Assembly (NCBI GenBank): GCA_963727505.1
Contig: CAVSGP010000009.1
Coordinates: forward strand, 256,001 to 320,000
Length of the DNA: 64,000 nt
DNA from: an uncultured Trueperaceae bacterium
GTDB lineage: Bacteria > Deinococcota > Deinococci > Deinococcales > Trueperaceae
Direction: 5' to 3'
Position numbers and translations under genes: made by a program. This document shows positions 31,140 through 41,018 of this stretch, one piece after another. The notes under the pieces are model-generated. The model did no database searches. It saw only the letters and a program-made list of their open reading frames with translations, and was not told the DNA's origin. Every line of letters begins with the position of its first letter. Position 1 is the first letter of the stretch.

Positions 31140-31949
31140 TCAGGCGATCCCGCAGAACGCGTCGTAGTCGATGAGCTCGTGGACGGTGGGGGCGTCGCCG
31201 CACACCGGGCAGGCGGCGTCCCGTGCCAGGCTGAAGCGCCGGAACTCGGCGCCCAGCGCGTCGACGTGCAGCAAGGTGCCGATCAGGGGGTTCCCGAGGC
31301 CGAGGATGAGCTTGAGGGCTTCGGTCGCCATGAGGCTTCCGACGACGCCGGGGAGCACCCCGAACACACCCGCCTCGGCGCAGCTCGGCACGCTGCCGGG
31401 CTCCGGCGGTTGAGGGAACAGGCAGCGGTAGCACGGCCCACGTTCCGCGTCGCCGGTGGTGGCGAAGACGCTGACCTGCCCCTCGAACGGGGACAGCGCG
31501 CCGTAGATCAGCGGCGTGCCTTCCAGCACGCAAGCGTCGTTGACGAGGTAGCGCGTCGGGAAGTTGTCGCTCCCGTCCAGGACCAGATCCACATCACGCA
31601 CGCGTGCCCGAGCGTTATCGCTTGTGAGCCGCTCGGCGTGCTGGACGACCTGCACGTCGGGGTTGAGGTCGGCCAGGCGCCCCGCTGCCGAGGTCACCTT
31701 GGGGAGGCCGACGCTCGACAGCCCGTGCACCACCTGACGCTGGAGGTTGCTCGCCTCCACGGCTTCGTCGTCCACCAGGTCGATGTGCCCTACGCCGGCG
31801 GCGGCGAGGTAGAGCAGGATAGGGGAGCCCAGGCCCCCCGCGCCGACGACCAGCACGCGTGCGTCGAGCAGGCGCTGCTGGCCAGCCGCGCCCACGCCCG
31901 GCAGGATGATGTGGCGGGCGTAGCGGTCGAGCTGCTCGCGCGTGAACAT
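31140..31949 (-). CDS. moeB: MoeB/ThiF-family adenylyltransferase
   Basis: 'RYARH', 'GAGGLG', 'SNLQRQ', 'CYRC', 'SCAEAGV', 'CPVC'; no rhodanese domain. Confidence 0.88.
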   Translation of the reverse strand: MFTREQLDRYARHIILPGVGAAGQQRLLDARVLVVGAGGLGSPILLYLAAAGVGHIDLVDDEAVEASNLQRQVVHGLSSVGLPKVTSAAGRLADLNPDVQVVQHAERLTSDNARARVRDVDLVLDGSDNFPTRYLVNDACVLEGTPLIYGALSPFEGQVSVFATTGDAERGPCYRCLFPQPPEPGSVPSCAEAGVFGVLPGVVGSLMATEALKLILGLGNPLIGTLLHVDALGAEFRRFSLARDAACPVCGDAPTVHELIDYDAFCGIA

Positions 31950-31986
31950 GGTCCAGTCTACGGTCGGCTCGGCCGCACGGTGGGCC

Positions 31987-33282
31987 TCAGCGCAGCCCGG
32001 TCTCCAGGATCAGCGGGGCGGCCGTCGCCGCATCCGCGATCCGAATAGACTTCTCGACGAGCCCGCGGGCGTCCTCCAGGCCCCTTCCATCGCGGTGGTA
32101 GAGCGTGGCGATCGGCTCCCCGGTGGCCACGGGATCGCCGATCTTGGCGTGGAGGACCACCCCCACCCCAGCGTCGACGCGTTCGCCCTTTCGTGTCCTG
32201 CCGGCGCCGAGCACCCCGGCGGCGCGGCCCACGGCGAGGGCGTCGAGTTCGGCCAGCGCACCCGATCGGTCGGCGCGTACCACGTCCCGCCCAGCGGCGA
32301 GCTCGAGCCCATCGAGCGCGCCCACGTCCCCGCCCTGCGCGGCGACCCAGCGCTCGAAGCGTTCGAAAGCGTGTCCGCCGTCGATCAGGGTCTCGAGCCG
32401 TTGCCGGGAGGTGTGCAGGCCGGTCGCGTCCAGCACGTCCGCGGCAAGCACCAGGCACAGCTCACGGAGATCGGCCGGCCCGTCGCCCCGCAGGCACGCG
32501 ACCGCTTCGATCACCTCGAGCGCGTTCCCCACGGCCAGACCCAGGGGCTGCGCCATGGCGCTCAGCACGGCGCGCATGTTGCGCCCCGCGTGCCGACCGA
32601 TGGCGATCATCATCTCGGCCAGCGCCCGGGCCTCCGTCGGGGTCTTGAGGAAGGCGCCGCTACCGACCTTGACGTCGAGAACGATCGAGCCGGCACCGCC
32701 GGCGAGCTTCTTGCTCATGATGCTGCTGGCGATGAGCGGCAGGGATTCCACCGTGCCGGACGCGTCGCGAAGCGCGTAGAGGAGGCCGTCGGCGGGCGCC
32801 AGCGCCTTCGACTGGCCGGCCACCACGATGCCGACCGCGCGCGCCTGCTCCAGGAAGGCCCGCTGGTCCAGTCCGGTGTGGAAGCCCGGGATGCTCTCGA
32901 GCTTGTCTACCGTGCCACCGGTATGTCCGAGGCCGCGACCGCTCATCTTGGCAACGGTCGCGCCGGCGGCCGCCAGCAGCGGCGCAAGCACGAGGCTCGT
33001 CTTGTCGCCCACCCCGCCGGTGGAGTGCTTGTCGACGGTATGGGGGAGAGCACCGAGGTCCAGGACCTCGCCGGAACGGGCCATGATGTCCGTCAGGCCG
33101 GCGGTTTCCCGGTCGGTCATGCCGCGCCAGCAGACCGCCATCAGCCAGGCGGACACCTGGTAGTCGGGGATGTCGCCGGCCAGGTAGCCGTGAAGGAAGG
33201 CCTCGAGCTCCTCGGCGTCGTGCTCGTGACCCTGCCGCTTGCGCAGGATGACGTCGACGGGCCGGACCGTGGTGGTTGTCAT
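31987..33282 (-). CDS. pdp: Pyrimidine-nucleoside/thymidine phosphorylase
   Basis: 'DKHSTGGVGDK', 'SGRGLGHTGGT', 'SIMSKK'. Confidence 0.93.
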   Translation of the reverse strand: MTTTTVRPVDVILRKRQGHEHDAEELEAFLHGYLAGDIPDYQVSAWLMAVCWRGMTDRETAGLTDIMARSGEVLDLGALPHTVDKHSTGGVGDKTSLVLAPLLAAAGATVAKMSGRGLGHTGGTVDKLESIPGFHTGLDQRAFLEQARAVGIVVAGQSKALAPADGLLYALRDASGTVESLPLIASSIMSKKLAGGAGSIVLDVKVGSGAFLKTPTEARALAEMMIAIGRHAGRNMRAVLSAMAQPLGLAVGNALEVIEAVACLRGDGPADLRELCLVLAADVLDATGLHTSRQRLETLIDGGHAFERFERWVAAQGGDVGALDGLELAAGRDVVRADRSGALAELDALAVGRAAGVLGAGRTRKGERVDAGVGVVLHAKIGDPVATGEPIATLYHRDGRGLEDARGLVEKSIRIADAATAAPLILETGLR

Positions 33283-33324
33283 GGGTCCATGCTATTACGC
33301 GTCAGGCGCTGCTTCGCGAGGGGC

Positions 33325-34800
33325 TCATGCCCCTCCCGACACCTCTCGGAGGGCGCGGCGGGCCTCCGCCACCTCGTCCCACGGCACCGTCTCGCCGGCG
33401 CGCTCCAGCGTGGCCTCGTGCCCTTTACCCGCCAGCAGCACGACGTCCCCGGGTCCTGCCTCGGCGATGGCAGCGCGGATCGCCTCGCGCCGATCGGGTA
33501 CCACCCGGTAGTCGACGTCGGCGCGGGCGCCGACCTCCGAAGCGCCCCGCGCCATGGCGTCCAGGATCGCCTCCACGCTCTCGGAACGGGCGTCCTCCTC
33601 GGTGAAGAACGCCAGGTCCGCGTGACGGGCCGCGGCGCGCCCGAGGGGGGCGCGCTTGCCGGGATCGCGCTCGCCGGCCGATCCGACGACGACCAGCCGC
33701 CTGTAAGGCGCGGGCGGTTGCAGAGCCTCGAGCGCCTTGGCGAGCGCCGGTGGCGTGTGCGCGAAGTCCACCACGACGGTGAACGGGCGGTCCTGCACCA
33801 CCTGCATGCGGCCGGGAACGCCGGAGAAGGTCGCCAGCCGCGCGACGCCCTGCGCCAGCGGAACGCCCGTTTCCCGGGCAGCGGCGAGCGCGCCCAGCGC
33901 ATTCCAGGCGTTGTAGCGGCCGACCATCGGGAGGCGCGCATCGATGCGCTCGTCTTCCACCACGACGGTCAGCCTCAGTGCTCCCGGCTCCTCGGTCAGG
34001 GCCTCGAGCCGGAGATCGGACTCCGGGTGCTCGCCGTAGCTGACCACGCGGCGGCTTGCCGCCGCGAAGAAGGGGTAGGCGGGATCGTCGCGGTTCAGCA
34101 CGCTGACCCGCGAGCGTCGCATGAGCGTTGCCTTGGCTTCGCGGTAGGCCTCCAGCGTGCCGTGATGGTCGAGGTGTTCGGGGCTGAGGTTGGTCCAGAT
34201 GCCGACGGCGTAGGCGATCGCATCGAGGCGGTGGAGCGAGAAGCCGTGCGAGCTGCTCTCCAACACCACGTGCGCGAGGGCCAGCCGCCGGCAGCGTGCC
34301 AGCAGCTCCTGAACCTCGGTCGCTTCCGGGGTGGTGAAGTGTCCCTCGAGCGCGACGGTCTCGTCTCCCAGGCGGATGCCGGCGGTGCTGATCAGCGCGC
34401 TCGCATGGCTGCCACGCAGCAGGTGGTGCAGCAGCCATGCCGTGGTGGTCTTGCCGTCGGTGCCGGTGACGCCTAACACGCTCAGGTGGTCGGCCGGATG
34501 TCCGTGGAAGCTGGCCGCAAGGCGCGGCAGCGCCCAGCGGGCGTCTTCCACGCGGACGTAGGGCACGCCGCCCCAGGGCAGGTGCGAGGGAAGGTCGGCC
34601 TCGCCCACCACCGCGACCGCGCCCGCCTCGACGGCCTGACGCAGGTAATCGTGGGCGTCGAAGCGCTGGCCTCGGCGGGCGACGAAGAGGGCTCCCGGGG
34701 CGACGCGGTCGTGCCGTTGCGCGATGGCACGGATCTCGCGCTCACCACCGGTGGGCGCGCTCAAACCCAGCGCGTCGTGCACGAGGGCGTCGAGGCGCAC
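33325..34800 (-). CDS. murE: UDP-MurNAc-tripeptide synthetase MurE
   Basis: 'GVTGTDGKTT', 'TTPE', 'ESSSH', 'VDFAHTP', 'AGKGHE'. Confidence 0.93.
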   Translation of the reverse strand: MRLDALVHDALGLSAPTGGEREIRAIAQRHDRVAPGALFVARRGQRFDAHDYLRQAVEAGAVAVVGEADLPSHLPWGGVPYVRVEDARWALPRLAASFHGHPADHLSVLGVTGTDGKTTTAWLLHHLLRGSHASALISTAGIRLGDETVALEGHFTTPEATEVQELLARCRRLALAHVVLESSSHGFSLHRLDAIAYAVGIWTNLSPEHLDHHGTLEAYREAKATLMRRSRVSVLNRDDPAYPFFAAASRRVVSYGEHPESDLRLEALTEEPGALRLTVVVEDERIDARLPMVGRYNAWNALGALAAARETGVPLAQGVARLATFSGVPGRMQVVQDRPFTVVVDFAHTPPALAKALEALQPPAPYRRLVVVGSAGERDPGKRAPLGRAAARHADLAFFTEEDARSESVEAILDAMARGASEVGARADVDYRVVPDRREAIRAAIAEAGPGDVVLLAGKGHEATLERAGETVPWDEVAEARRALREVSGGA

Positions 34801-34802
34801 GG

Positions 34803-35426
34803 CTAGCCCACCATGGGCGCGATGAGCCCGGCGCGCTCGACCAGGTCGAGCAACTGCTCCCGGTCGCCGGCGTGATGGACGAAGTCGAGTTCGTCGGCCG
34901 GCACGACGACCACCTGCGACAGCTCGTAGGTGTCGATCCATGCCTCGTACAGGGCGTTGAGCCCTTGCAGGTAGTCGTCCTCGATCCCCGCTTCGTAACC
35001 GCGGCCCCGCTGCCGGATGTGGCGGCGCAGGGTGGGCAGGTCGGCCCGCAGGTAGATGAGCAGGTCGGGCGGCCGAAGCGCCGCCTGGACCGCCTCGTAC
35101 ATGGTGCGGTAGCTGCGGTGATCGCGGTCGTCGAGGACACCCTGGCGGTGGAGCTGGCGGGCGAACACGGCGGCGTCCTCGTAGACCGTGCGGTCCTGGA
35201 TGACGCGGCGACCCGGGTTCACCTGCCCGAGGTGCTGCCGCAGCCGGGTGGCCAGGAAGAACATCTGCGAGTGGAACGCGTAGCGCCGCATGTCGCGGTA
35301 GAAGTCTTCGAGGTAGGGGTTCTCGTCGACCGCTTCGTACACCGGCTCGAGCCGGTAACGCTCCGACAGGAGCCGCGTGAGACTCGACTTGCCGGCTCCG
35401 ATGTTGCCCGCCACGGCTACGTACAT
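34803..35426 (-). CDS. Deoxynucleoside kinase (dCK/dAK/dGK family)
   Basis: 'AGNIGAGKS', 'ENPYL', 'QDRTVYED', 'PPDLLIYL'. Confidence 0.9.
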   Translation of the reverse strand: MYVAVAGNIGAGKSSLTRLLSERYRLEPVYEAVDENPYLEDFYRDMRRYAFHSQMFFLATRLRQHLGQVNPGRRVIQDRTVYEDAAVFARQLHRQGVLDDRDHRSYRTMYEAVQAALRPPDLLIYLRADLPTLRRHIRQRGRGYEAGIEDDYLQGLNALYEAWIDTYELSQVVVVPADELDFVHHAGDREQLLDLVERAGLIAPMVG

Positions 35427-35436
35427 CGCTCGCTCC

Positions 35437-36039
35437 TCAGGCCGCTCGGGCCAGGGTGATCAGCTGGTCCAGGAGCGCCTGGCGGTCGGACTCGTTGGAC
35501 ACGTAGTCGACCTCGCCGGCCTCCACCACGTGCACCGGGTAGGGGGCGTGCCGGAACAGTTCGTCGTACGCCTCGCCGATGCGCATCAGGTAGTCCGGGT
35601 CGATGTCGTGCTCGAAGCTCCGACCGCGCTTGGCGATCCGCGCCAGCAGCAACTCGGGACCGGCACGCAGGTAGACGACCAGGTCGGGCCGGGGGAGGCG
35701 CGGCTTGAGCTGCTCGAAGAGCTCGCGGTAGAGCTCCCACTCCGACCCGGAGAGGTTGAGCGACGCGAAGAGGAAGTCCTTTTCGAAGAGGTAATCGGCG
35801 ACGGTATGAGGGTGGAAGAGTGCGTCCTGGGCAAGCGCCATCTGCTGCCGGAAGCGCGAGAGCAGGAAGAACACCTGCGCTTGGAAGGCGTAGCGTTCGG
35901 GCTCGCGGTAGAAACCGGCCAGGAAGGGGTTCTCCTCGACGACCTCGAGCAGCATGCGTGCGCCCAGCTTCGAGGCCAGGAAGCGGCTGAGGCTCGTCTT
36001 GCCGACGCCGATCGGCCCTTCAACGACGATGGTGGCCAT
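35437..36039 (-). CDS. Deoxynucleoside kinase (dGK-like)
   Basis: 'EGPIGVGKT', 'ENPFL', 'DYLFEKD', 'PDLVVYL'. Confidence 0.9.
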   Translation of the reverse strand: MATIVVEGPIGVGKTSLSRFLASKLGARMLLEVVEENPFLAGFYREPERYAFQAQVFFLLSRFRQQMALAQDALFHPHTVADYLFEKDFLFASLNLSGSEWELYRELFEQLKPRLPRPDLVVYLRAGPELLLARIAKRGRSFEHDIDPDYLMRIGEAYDELFRHAPYPVHVVEAGEVDYVSNESDRQALLDQLITLARAA

Positions 36040-36160
36040 GGCCCCGCCTACCCATAGGCCCCGAGTATACCGAGGGCCGGCGCCCGTGGTCGGCGAGTCG
36101 GAGCCGGTGGAAGTCCGCTTCCGAGGGGGCAGAAAGGCTGTGCTACAATCCCTCTAGCTG

Positions 36161-37588
36161 ATGGAAGACAACCCAGCGGACCGATCTACCCGTTTTCTCC
36201 ATCCCGTCTTTCTGGTCGTCGCCCTTCCCCTCCTCAGTGTCGCCATCGCACAGACCCCGCCCGCGAGCGGCGGCGGCATCAGCGTGCCGCAAGTCGCCCT
36301 TCTGGCGGTGCTCTTGGTGCTCTCCGGGTTGATGTCGGGCTCGGAGACGGCCCTGACGGCCCTGGGGGAGTGGAAGATCCGACAACTGCGCGAGGACGGG
36401 CTCGATCCTACCGGAGCCTTCGCCCTGCTCGAACGGCAGCCCACGCGCTTCATCACCACCCTCCTCATCGGCAACAACCTCGTCAACATCGCGGCCGCCT
36501 CGCTCATCACGCAGATCGCCATTCAGACGGCGCAGCGCTACGGCTTCGGCCAGTCGCTGGCGGTGGGCTACGCCACCGGCATCACGACCTTGCTGGTGCT
36601 GATCTTCGGCGAGATCACGCCCAAGTCGATCGCGGTGCACCACGCCGTCGCCTTCTCCCGCGCGGTGATCCGGCCCGTCTACGTGATGTCGATCGTGCTC
36701 TACCCGATCGGGCTGGCGTTCACCTGGATCACCGGCAACGTGCTGCGGCTGTTCCGGCTGGAGCCCTCCGGCAACCCGCTGCTCACCGAGAACGAGCTGC
36801 GGTTGATGCTGCGCAGCGCCGAGGAGTCCGGCGTCATCGAGGCGCAGGAGGAGGAGATGATCAAGGGGATCATCGACCTCGAGGAGACCGTGGTGCGTGA
36901 GGTGATGACGCCGCGCGTGGACGTGGTCGCCATCCACGAGGACGCCAGCATGATCGAGCTGCTGCGGCTCACCACCGAGCACGGCTACAGCCGCCTGCCG
37001 GTGTTCGGCGAGACCATCGACAACATCCGCGGCTTCGTCTACGCGCGTGACCTGCTGCCCTACCTGGCGCGCCCCGAGGAGCTCGAACAGACGCGGGTAG
37101 CCGACCTGATGACGCCGCCGCAGTACGTGCCCGAGACCCTGTCCATCCTCAACCTCTTGCGCGACATGCGGATCCGCAAGAACCATATGGCGATCGTGGT
37201 CGACGAGTTCGGCGGGACCGCCGGCATCGTCACCCTTGAGGACATCATCGAGGAGATCACGGGGGAGATCTACGACGAGACCGACGAGGAGGAGGAGGAG
37301 GATATCGTCCTCCTCGAGGACGGGCACTACCGCATCCAGGGCTCGGCGCACCTCGAGAACGTCGCCGAGGACCTGAGGCTCATCTTCGAGGACGACGGCG
37401 AGTACGACACGCTGGCAGGCTTCATGATCGACGAGCTGGGGCACATCCCTCACGTGGGTGAGTCGCTGCAGCACCAGGGAGTGCGCTTCATCGTGGAGCA
37501 AGCCGACGAGCGGCGCGTGATCACGGTGCTGGCGTGGCGCGAAGAGACGACCGAGGCCCAAGAGCCGGTGCGCGAGACCGAAGCCTGA
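36161..37588 (+). CDS. CNNM/DUF21-CBS-CorC domain protein (hemolysin-family metal homeostasis protein)
   Basis: 'SGSETAL', 'GEITPK', 'VMTPR', 'SRLPV', 'DEFGG', 'TLAGF'. Confidence 0.9.
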   Translation: MEDNPADRSTRFLHPVFLVVALPLLSVAIAQTPPASGGGISVPQVALLAVLLVLSGLMSGSETALTALGEWKIRQLREDGLDPTGAFALLERQPTRFITTLLIGNNLVNIAAASLITQIAIQTAQRYGFGQSLAVGYATGITTLLVLIFGEITPKSIAVHHAVAFSRAVIRPVYVMSIVLYPIGLAFTWITGNVLRLFRLEPSGNPLLTENELRLMLRSAEESGVIEAQEEEMIKGIIDLEETVVREVMTPRVDVVAIHEDASMIELLRLTTEHGYSRLPVFGETIDNIRGFVYARDLLPYLARPEELEQTRVADLMTPPQYVPETLSILNLLRDMRIRKNHMAIVVDEFGGTAGIVTLEDIIEEITGEIYDETDEEEEEDIVLLEDGHYRIQGSAHLENVAEDLRLIFEDDGEYDTLAGFMIDELGHIPHVGESLQHQGVRFIVEQADERRVITVLAWREETTEAQEPVRETEA

Positions 37589-37612
37589 CGCGCGCCGCGC
37601 AGCGTTGCAGGT

Positions 37613-38752
37613 TCAGTCCAGGTAGCGGCGTGGCACGCGCGGCGCCACCCCGGTGAGCAGCTCGTAGGAGATGGTGCCGATCCGGCGTGCCAGGCTCTGG
37701 GCGTCGGGGCCGGGCGGCCCCCAGAGGGTGACGGTGTCGCCCGGGCGCACGTCGAGATCGCCCGCGTCGAGCAGGATCTGGTCCATGCAGACGCGGCCCG
37801 CGACCGGCAGCGAACGCCCGTGGAGGGAAGCCGAGCCGCTGTTGGACAGCAGCCGAGGGTAGCCGTCGGCGTAGCCGATGCGCACCGTGGCCACGGTGGT
37901 CTCCCGGGGCGCCACCCAGGTGCCGCCGTAGGACAGCGGCGTGCCTACCGGCACACGCTTCACGAAGCTGACGGGCGCTTGCAGGCGCATCGCCGGGCGC
38001 AGGTCGGGCTCGAGCGCCTGCACGGGTTCGTCGGAATGGTACCCGTAGAGCGCGATGCCGGGTCGCACCAGGTCGTAATGGGCTTCCGGGAAGCCGAACA
38101 CCCCGGCCGAGTTGGCCGCGTGGCGCAGCGGGGGCGTGATGCCGTCGGCACGCAGGTCGGCAAGCAGGCGCTCGAAGCGTTCGATCTGCGCCAGGGTCGG
38201 GGCCCGGTCCGCCTCGTCGGAGCGTGCGAGATGCGTCCAGACCGCTTCCAGCTCGATCCCCGGCGCCCGTTCCACGCGCCGTGCGAGTGCCGCCGCTTCC
38301 GGCCAGGGAAGGCCCAACCGTCCCATGCCGGTATCGACCTTGAGGTGAAGCCGCAGCGGCCGCGCGGTCCTCGCCGCCAGTGCCGCCTCCAGGCCTGCCT
38401 CATCGGCCAGCGTGACCGACACCCCTTCGTCGGCGAGACGCCGCAGCGTGTCGGCCCGGTAAACGGGCCCGAACAGCAGGATGTCGCCAGTCACGCCGCC
38501 CGCGCGCAGGGCGAGAGCCTCCTCGGGGGTGGCCACGCCGAACCAGCCGACGCCGCACCTGGCGAGGCGGCGCGCCACGGGCACCGCGCCGTGACCGTAG
38601 CCGTCGGCCTTGACGGCGGCCAGCACGCGCGTGCCTCCGTTCAGACGCCGCCGGACGCGGCCGAGGTTGTGCTCGAGAGCCTGCAGGTCGACGGTGGCAA
38701 CAGGGCCGTCCAGCCCATCGCTCGCGGTGTCGTCAGGCGCGCCGCCGTGCAT
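37613..38752 (-). CDS. alr: Alanine racemase
   Basis: 'AVKADGYGHG', 'KVDTGMGRLG', 'GYADG', 'GRVCMDQ'; TATGCT 7 nt upstream of ATG. Confidence 0.95.
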   Translation of the reverse strand: MHGGAPDDTASDGLDGPVATVDLQALEHNLGRVRRRLNGGTRVLAAVKADGYGHGAVPVARRLARCGVGWFGVATPEEALALRAGGVTGDILLFGPVYRADTLRRLADEGVSVTLADEAGLEAALAARTARPLRLHLKVDTGMGRLGLPWPEAAALARRVERAPGIELEAVWTHLARSDEADRAPTLAQIERFERLLADLRADGITPPLRHAANSAGVFGFPEAHYDLVRPGIALYGYHSDEPVQALEPDLRPAMRLQAPVSFVKRVPVGTPLSYGGTWVAPRETTVATVRIGYADGYPRLLSNSGSASLHGRSLPVAGRVCMDQILLDAGDLDVRPGDTVTLWGPPGPDAQSLARRIGTISYELLTGVAPRVPRRYLD

Positions 38753-38803
38753 GCCGCTCAGCATACCGGGGTCTTCCGCGGTGGCGGCGGGGTGGCCTTG
38801 CGC

Positions 38804-40003
38804 TCAGCGGGTCCAGCTGGTCTTGCGCTCGAGCCACTTGACGAGGCTGGAGGCGGCCAGCGTCAACCCGATGTAGAGCAGGGCGACGGTGTTGTACGGC
38901 GGGAACACCTGGAAGGTGGCGGCTTGGAACTCGCGCGCGCGCTGTGTGATGTCGCGCACCGAGAGCACCGACAGCAGCGAGGTGTCCTTGAGCATGGCGA
39001 TGAACTCGTTGCCGAGCGGCGGCACGACGATGCGCAGCGCTTGCGGCAGGACCACGTGCCGCGCCGTCTGCCAGCCGTTGAGGCCGAGGCTGCGGGCGGC
39101 CTCGGTCTGGCCGTGCGGGATGGCCTCGATCCCGGCTCGGAAGATCTCCGCCAGATAGGCGGCGTACCCCAGTGCGATGGCGACGACACCACGCGTGAGA
39201 CGCGACATGTTGATGAGGCCGCCTGTAGCATCGCGGATGGCCCCCTGGAGCGGGAAGCCGACGTAGAGGATGATGACCAGCATGGGGATGCCGCGCAGAG
39301 CGTCGATGTAGAGCTCGGCGAAGATGTTGAGGGGGTGGCGGCCGCTCTGGGCCGCAGCGAAGGTGAGAAGCAGGATGCCGATGCCGAAGACGATCAGCGC
39401 CAGTGCCGGCTGCATCAGCTTGGTGGACAGGAAGTGCGCCCGCCACAGCACGGGGGTGCCGGCGGGGGCCTCCGCTGCCGGGATGAACGCTGCCTGCACC
39501 GTGCCGTCCTCCAGCAGCTTGACCGCCGCGGGCCCGTCGATGGCCGCCCGCACGTTCATCGTGGCGTCCCCGCCGCCGGGGAAGGCACCGTTCTTGACCG
39601 TGTCCGCCGGTCCGGACGGCGTGCGCTCGATGATGGCGACCTTGCCGCCGGTCTGGCCCACCAGCAGGTATTCGACCTTGGGTCGTGTGAGCAGCACGAC
39701 GGCGCCCACCAGCAGAACCGCGCCCGCGATGGTGAAGCGCAGCACGGTGCGCTCGCCGATGTTCAGGCTGGCGAGCGCGGCCAGGATCATGCCCAGGATG
39801 CACGCCGCGATGTAGGCGAAGACCGTGGCGGCCACCGTGACCGAGAGGCCGGGGACGAGGTAGGAGAGCGCACGCTGGTAGGTCGAGGTGGTCGCGAAGA
39901 AGTAGACGACGCCCGGCAACAGCAGTAGCAGGACCAGGTAGCTCGGCCGGATGCGCTTCAGCGGGTTGCGGGATGGACGGGAGGTAGGTCGACTCACGGC
40001 CAT
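38804..40003 (-). CDS. Polar amino-acid ABC transporter permease with internal insertion
   Basis: 'LRGIPMLV', 'AYLAEIFRAGI', 'GQTEAARSLG', 'PQA', 'KDTSL'; ~400 aa versus the usual ~220-250. Confidence 0.88.
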   Translation of the reverse strand: MAVSRPTSRPSRNPLKRIRPSYLVLLLLLPGVVYFFATTSTYQRALSYLVPGLSVTVAATVFAYIAACILGMILAALASLNIGERTVLRFTIAGAVLLVGAVVLLTRPKVEYLLVGQTGGKVAIIERTPSGPADTVKNGAFPGGGDATMNVRAAIDGPAAVKLLEDGTVQAAFIPAAEAPAGTPVLWRAHFLSTKLMQPALALIVFGIGILLLTFAAAQSGRHPLNIFAELYIDALRGIPMLVIILYVGFPLQGAIRDATGGLINMSRLTRGVVAIALGYAAYLAEIFRAGIEAIPHGQTEAARSLGLNGWQTARHVVLPQALRIVVPPLGNEFIAMLKDTSLLSVLSVRDITQRAREFQAATFQVFPPYNTVALLYIGLTLAASSLVKWLERKTSWTR

Positions 40004-40084
40004 GATCTCTCGGCGACGACGACACCGGAGCAGGTCGCGCGTGGGAACGGCCCGCCCCAGCGCCGGGACGCGGCGCCGGACTGG

Positions 40085-40126
40085 AGCGCGGCGCGCCCCC
40101 GCGAAGGCGGGGAAGCGCGCCGCGCT
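40085..40126. terminator. Intergenic hairpin between SBP and permease genes
   Basis: agcgcggcgcgc...gcgcgccgcgct arms. Confidence 0.5.
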
Positions 40127-40141
40127 GCAGCGCTCACAGGA

Positions 40142-40900
40142 CTACTGGAACCACTTGACGGTGAGTGCGTCCAACACGCCGTTCGCCTTGAGTTTGGCAA
40201 GGCCGTCGTTGAGCGCGGGCAGCAGGCCCTGCGGATCGCCCTTGGGCACCGCGAAGCCGAGCTCGTCTCCGGACTTCACGCCGCGGATGGATACGACCAG
40301 CTTGCCGGCGTACTGCTGGGCGAAGGCGGCGGCGGCCACGTCGTCGAGGACCACGCCGTTGACGTCGCCGTTGAGCAGCGCCTGAACGGCCTGGTTGAAG
40401 TCGTTGTAGAGCTGCATGCGGCCGCGGCCGACCAGCTTCTCGGCCAGGATGGCGTTGGTGGTGCCGGTCTGGGAGCCCAGCACCAGCTTGCTGCCGGTCT
40501 TGGTGAAGTCGTCCAGCGTCAGGGCGCCGTCCTGCGTGCGAACGGCGACCGCCTGGTCGACGCTCTTGTAGGCGTTGGAGAAATCGACCTGCTTGGCGCG
40601 CTCGGCGGTGATGGTCATGCCGGACGCGATCATGTCGAACTCGCCGTTGTTCACGGCCGGAATGATCCCGTCCCAGTTGGTCGTCTGGAACTTGGCGACG
40701 CAGTTCTCGACCTTGCAGATGGCGTCCATCAGGTCCACGTCGAAGCCCACGATCTGGTTCTGATCGTTGACCGTCTCGAACGGAGGATAGGTGGTGTCCG
40801 ACCCGATGGTGATGGTCTTGCCGCCGAGGTCGGCGGCGAATGCGGCGCCGAGCATCAGCACGAACGCCAGGCTTGACACAAGGATTGCTACTCGTTTCAT
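40142..40900 (-). CDS. Polar amino-acid ABC substrate-binding protein
   Basis: Signal peptide; 'YPPFE', 'GFDVDL', 'ITAERAKQVDFS'. Confidence 0.92.
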   Translation of the reverse strand: MKRVAILVSSLAFVLMLGAAFAADLGGKTITIGSDTTYPPFETVNDQNQIVGFDVDLMDAICKVENCVAKFQTTNWDGIIPAVNNGEFDMIASGMTITAERAKQVDFSNAYKSVDQAVAVRTQDGALTLDDFTKTGSKLVLGSQTGTTNAILAEKLVGRGRMQLYNDFNQAVQALLNGDVNGVVLDDVAAAAFAQQYAGKLVVSIRGVKSGDELGFAVPKGDPQGLLPALNDGLAKLKANGVLDALTVKWFQ

Positions 40901-41018
40901 GGTCTCTCCTCTTTTGGGCGTGAAGTCGTGAAAGAGAATACCCGCTTGCGCATGATGTCGCAAGCGGCGCAGCCGGGGGCGAGCAGATGATGTCCGTGGC
41001 CCGCGGCGGTGCGGCCGC

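Noticed and set aside
34803..36039. Tandem deoxynucleoside kinases as a novel system
   Set aside because: dck/dgk-like gene pairs are a well-known salvage arrangement
36161..37588. 'Hemolysin' as a toxin, and the (GAG)5 run at 37286-37300 as a phase-variable tract
   Set aside because: The architecture is CNNM-CBS-CorC, i.e. metal homeostasis; the repeat is in-frame and encodes an acidic linker
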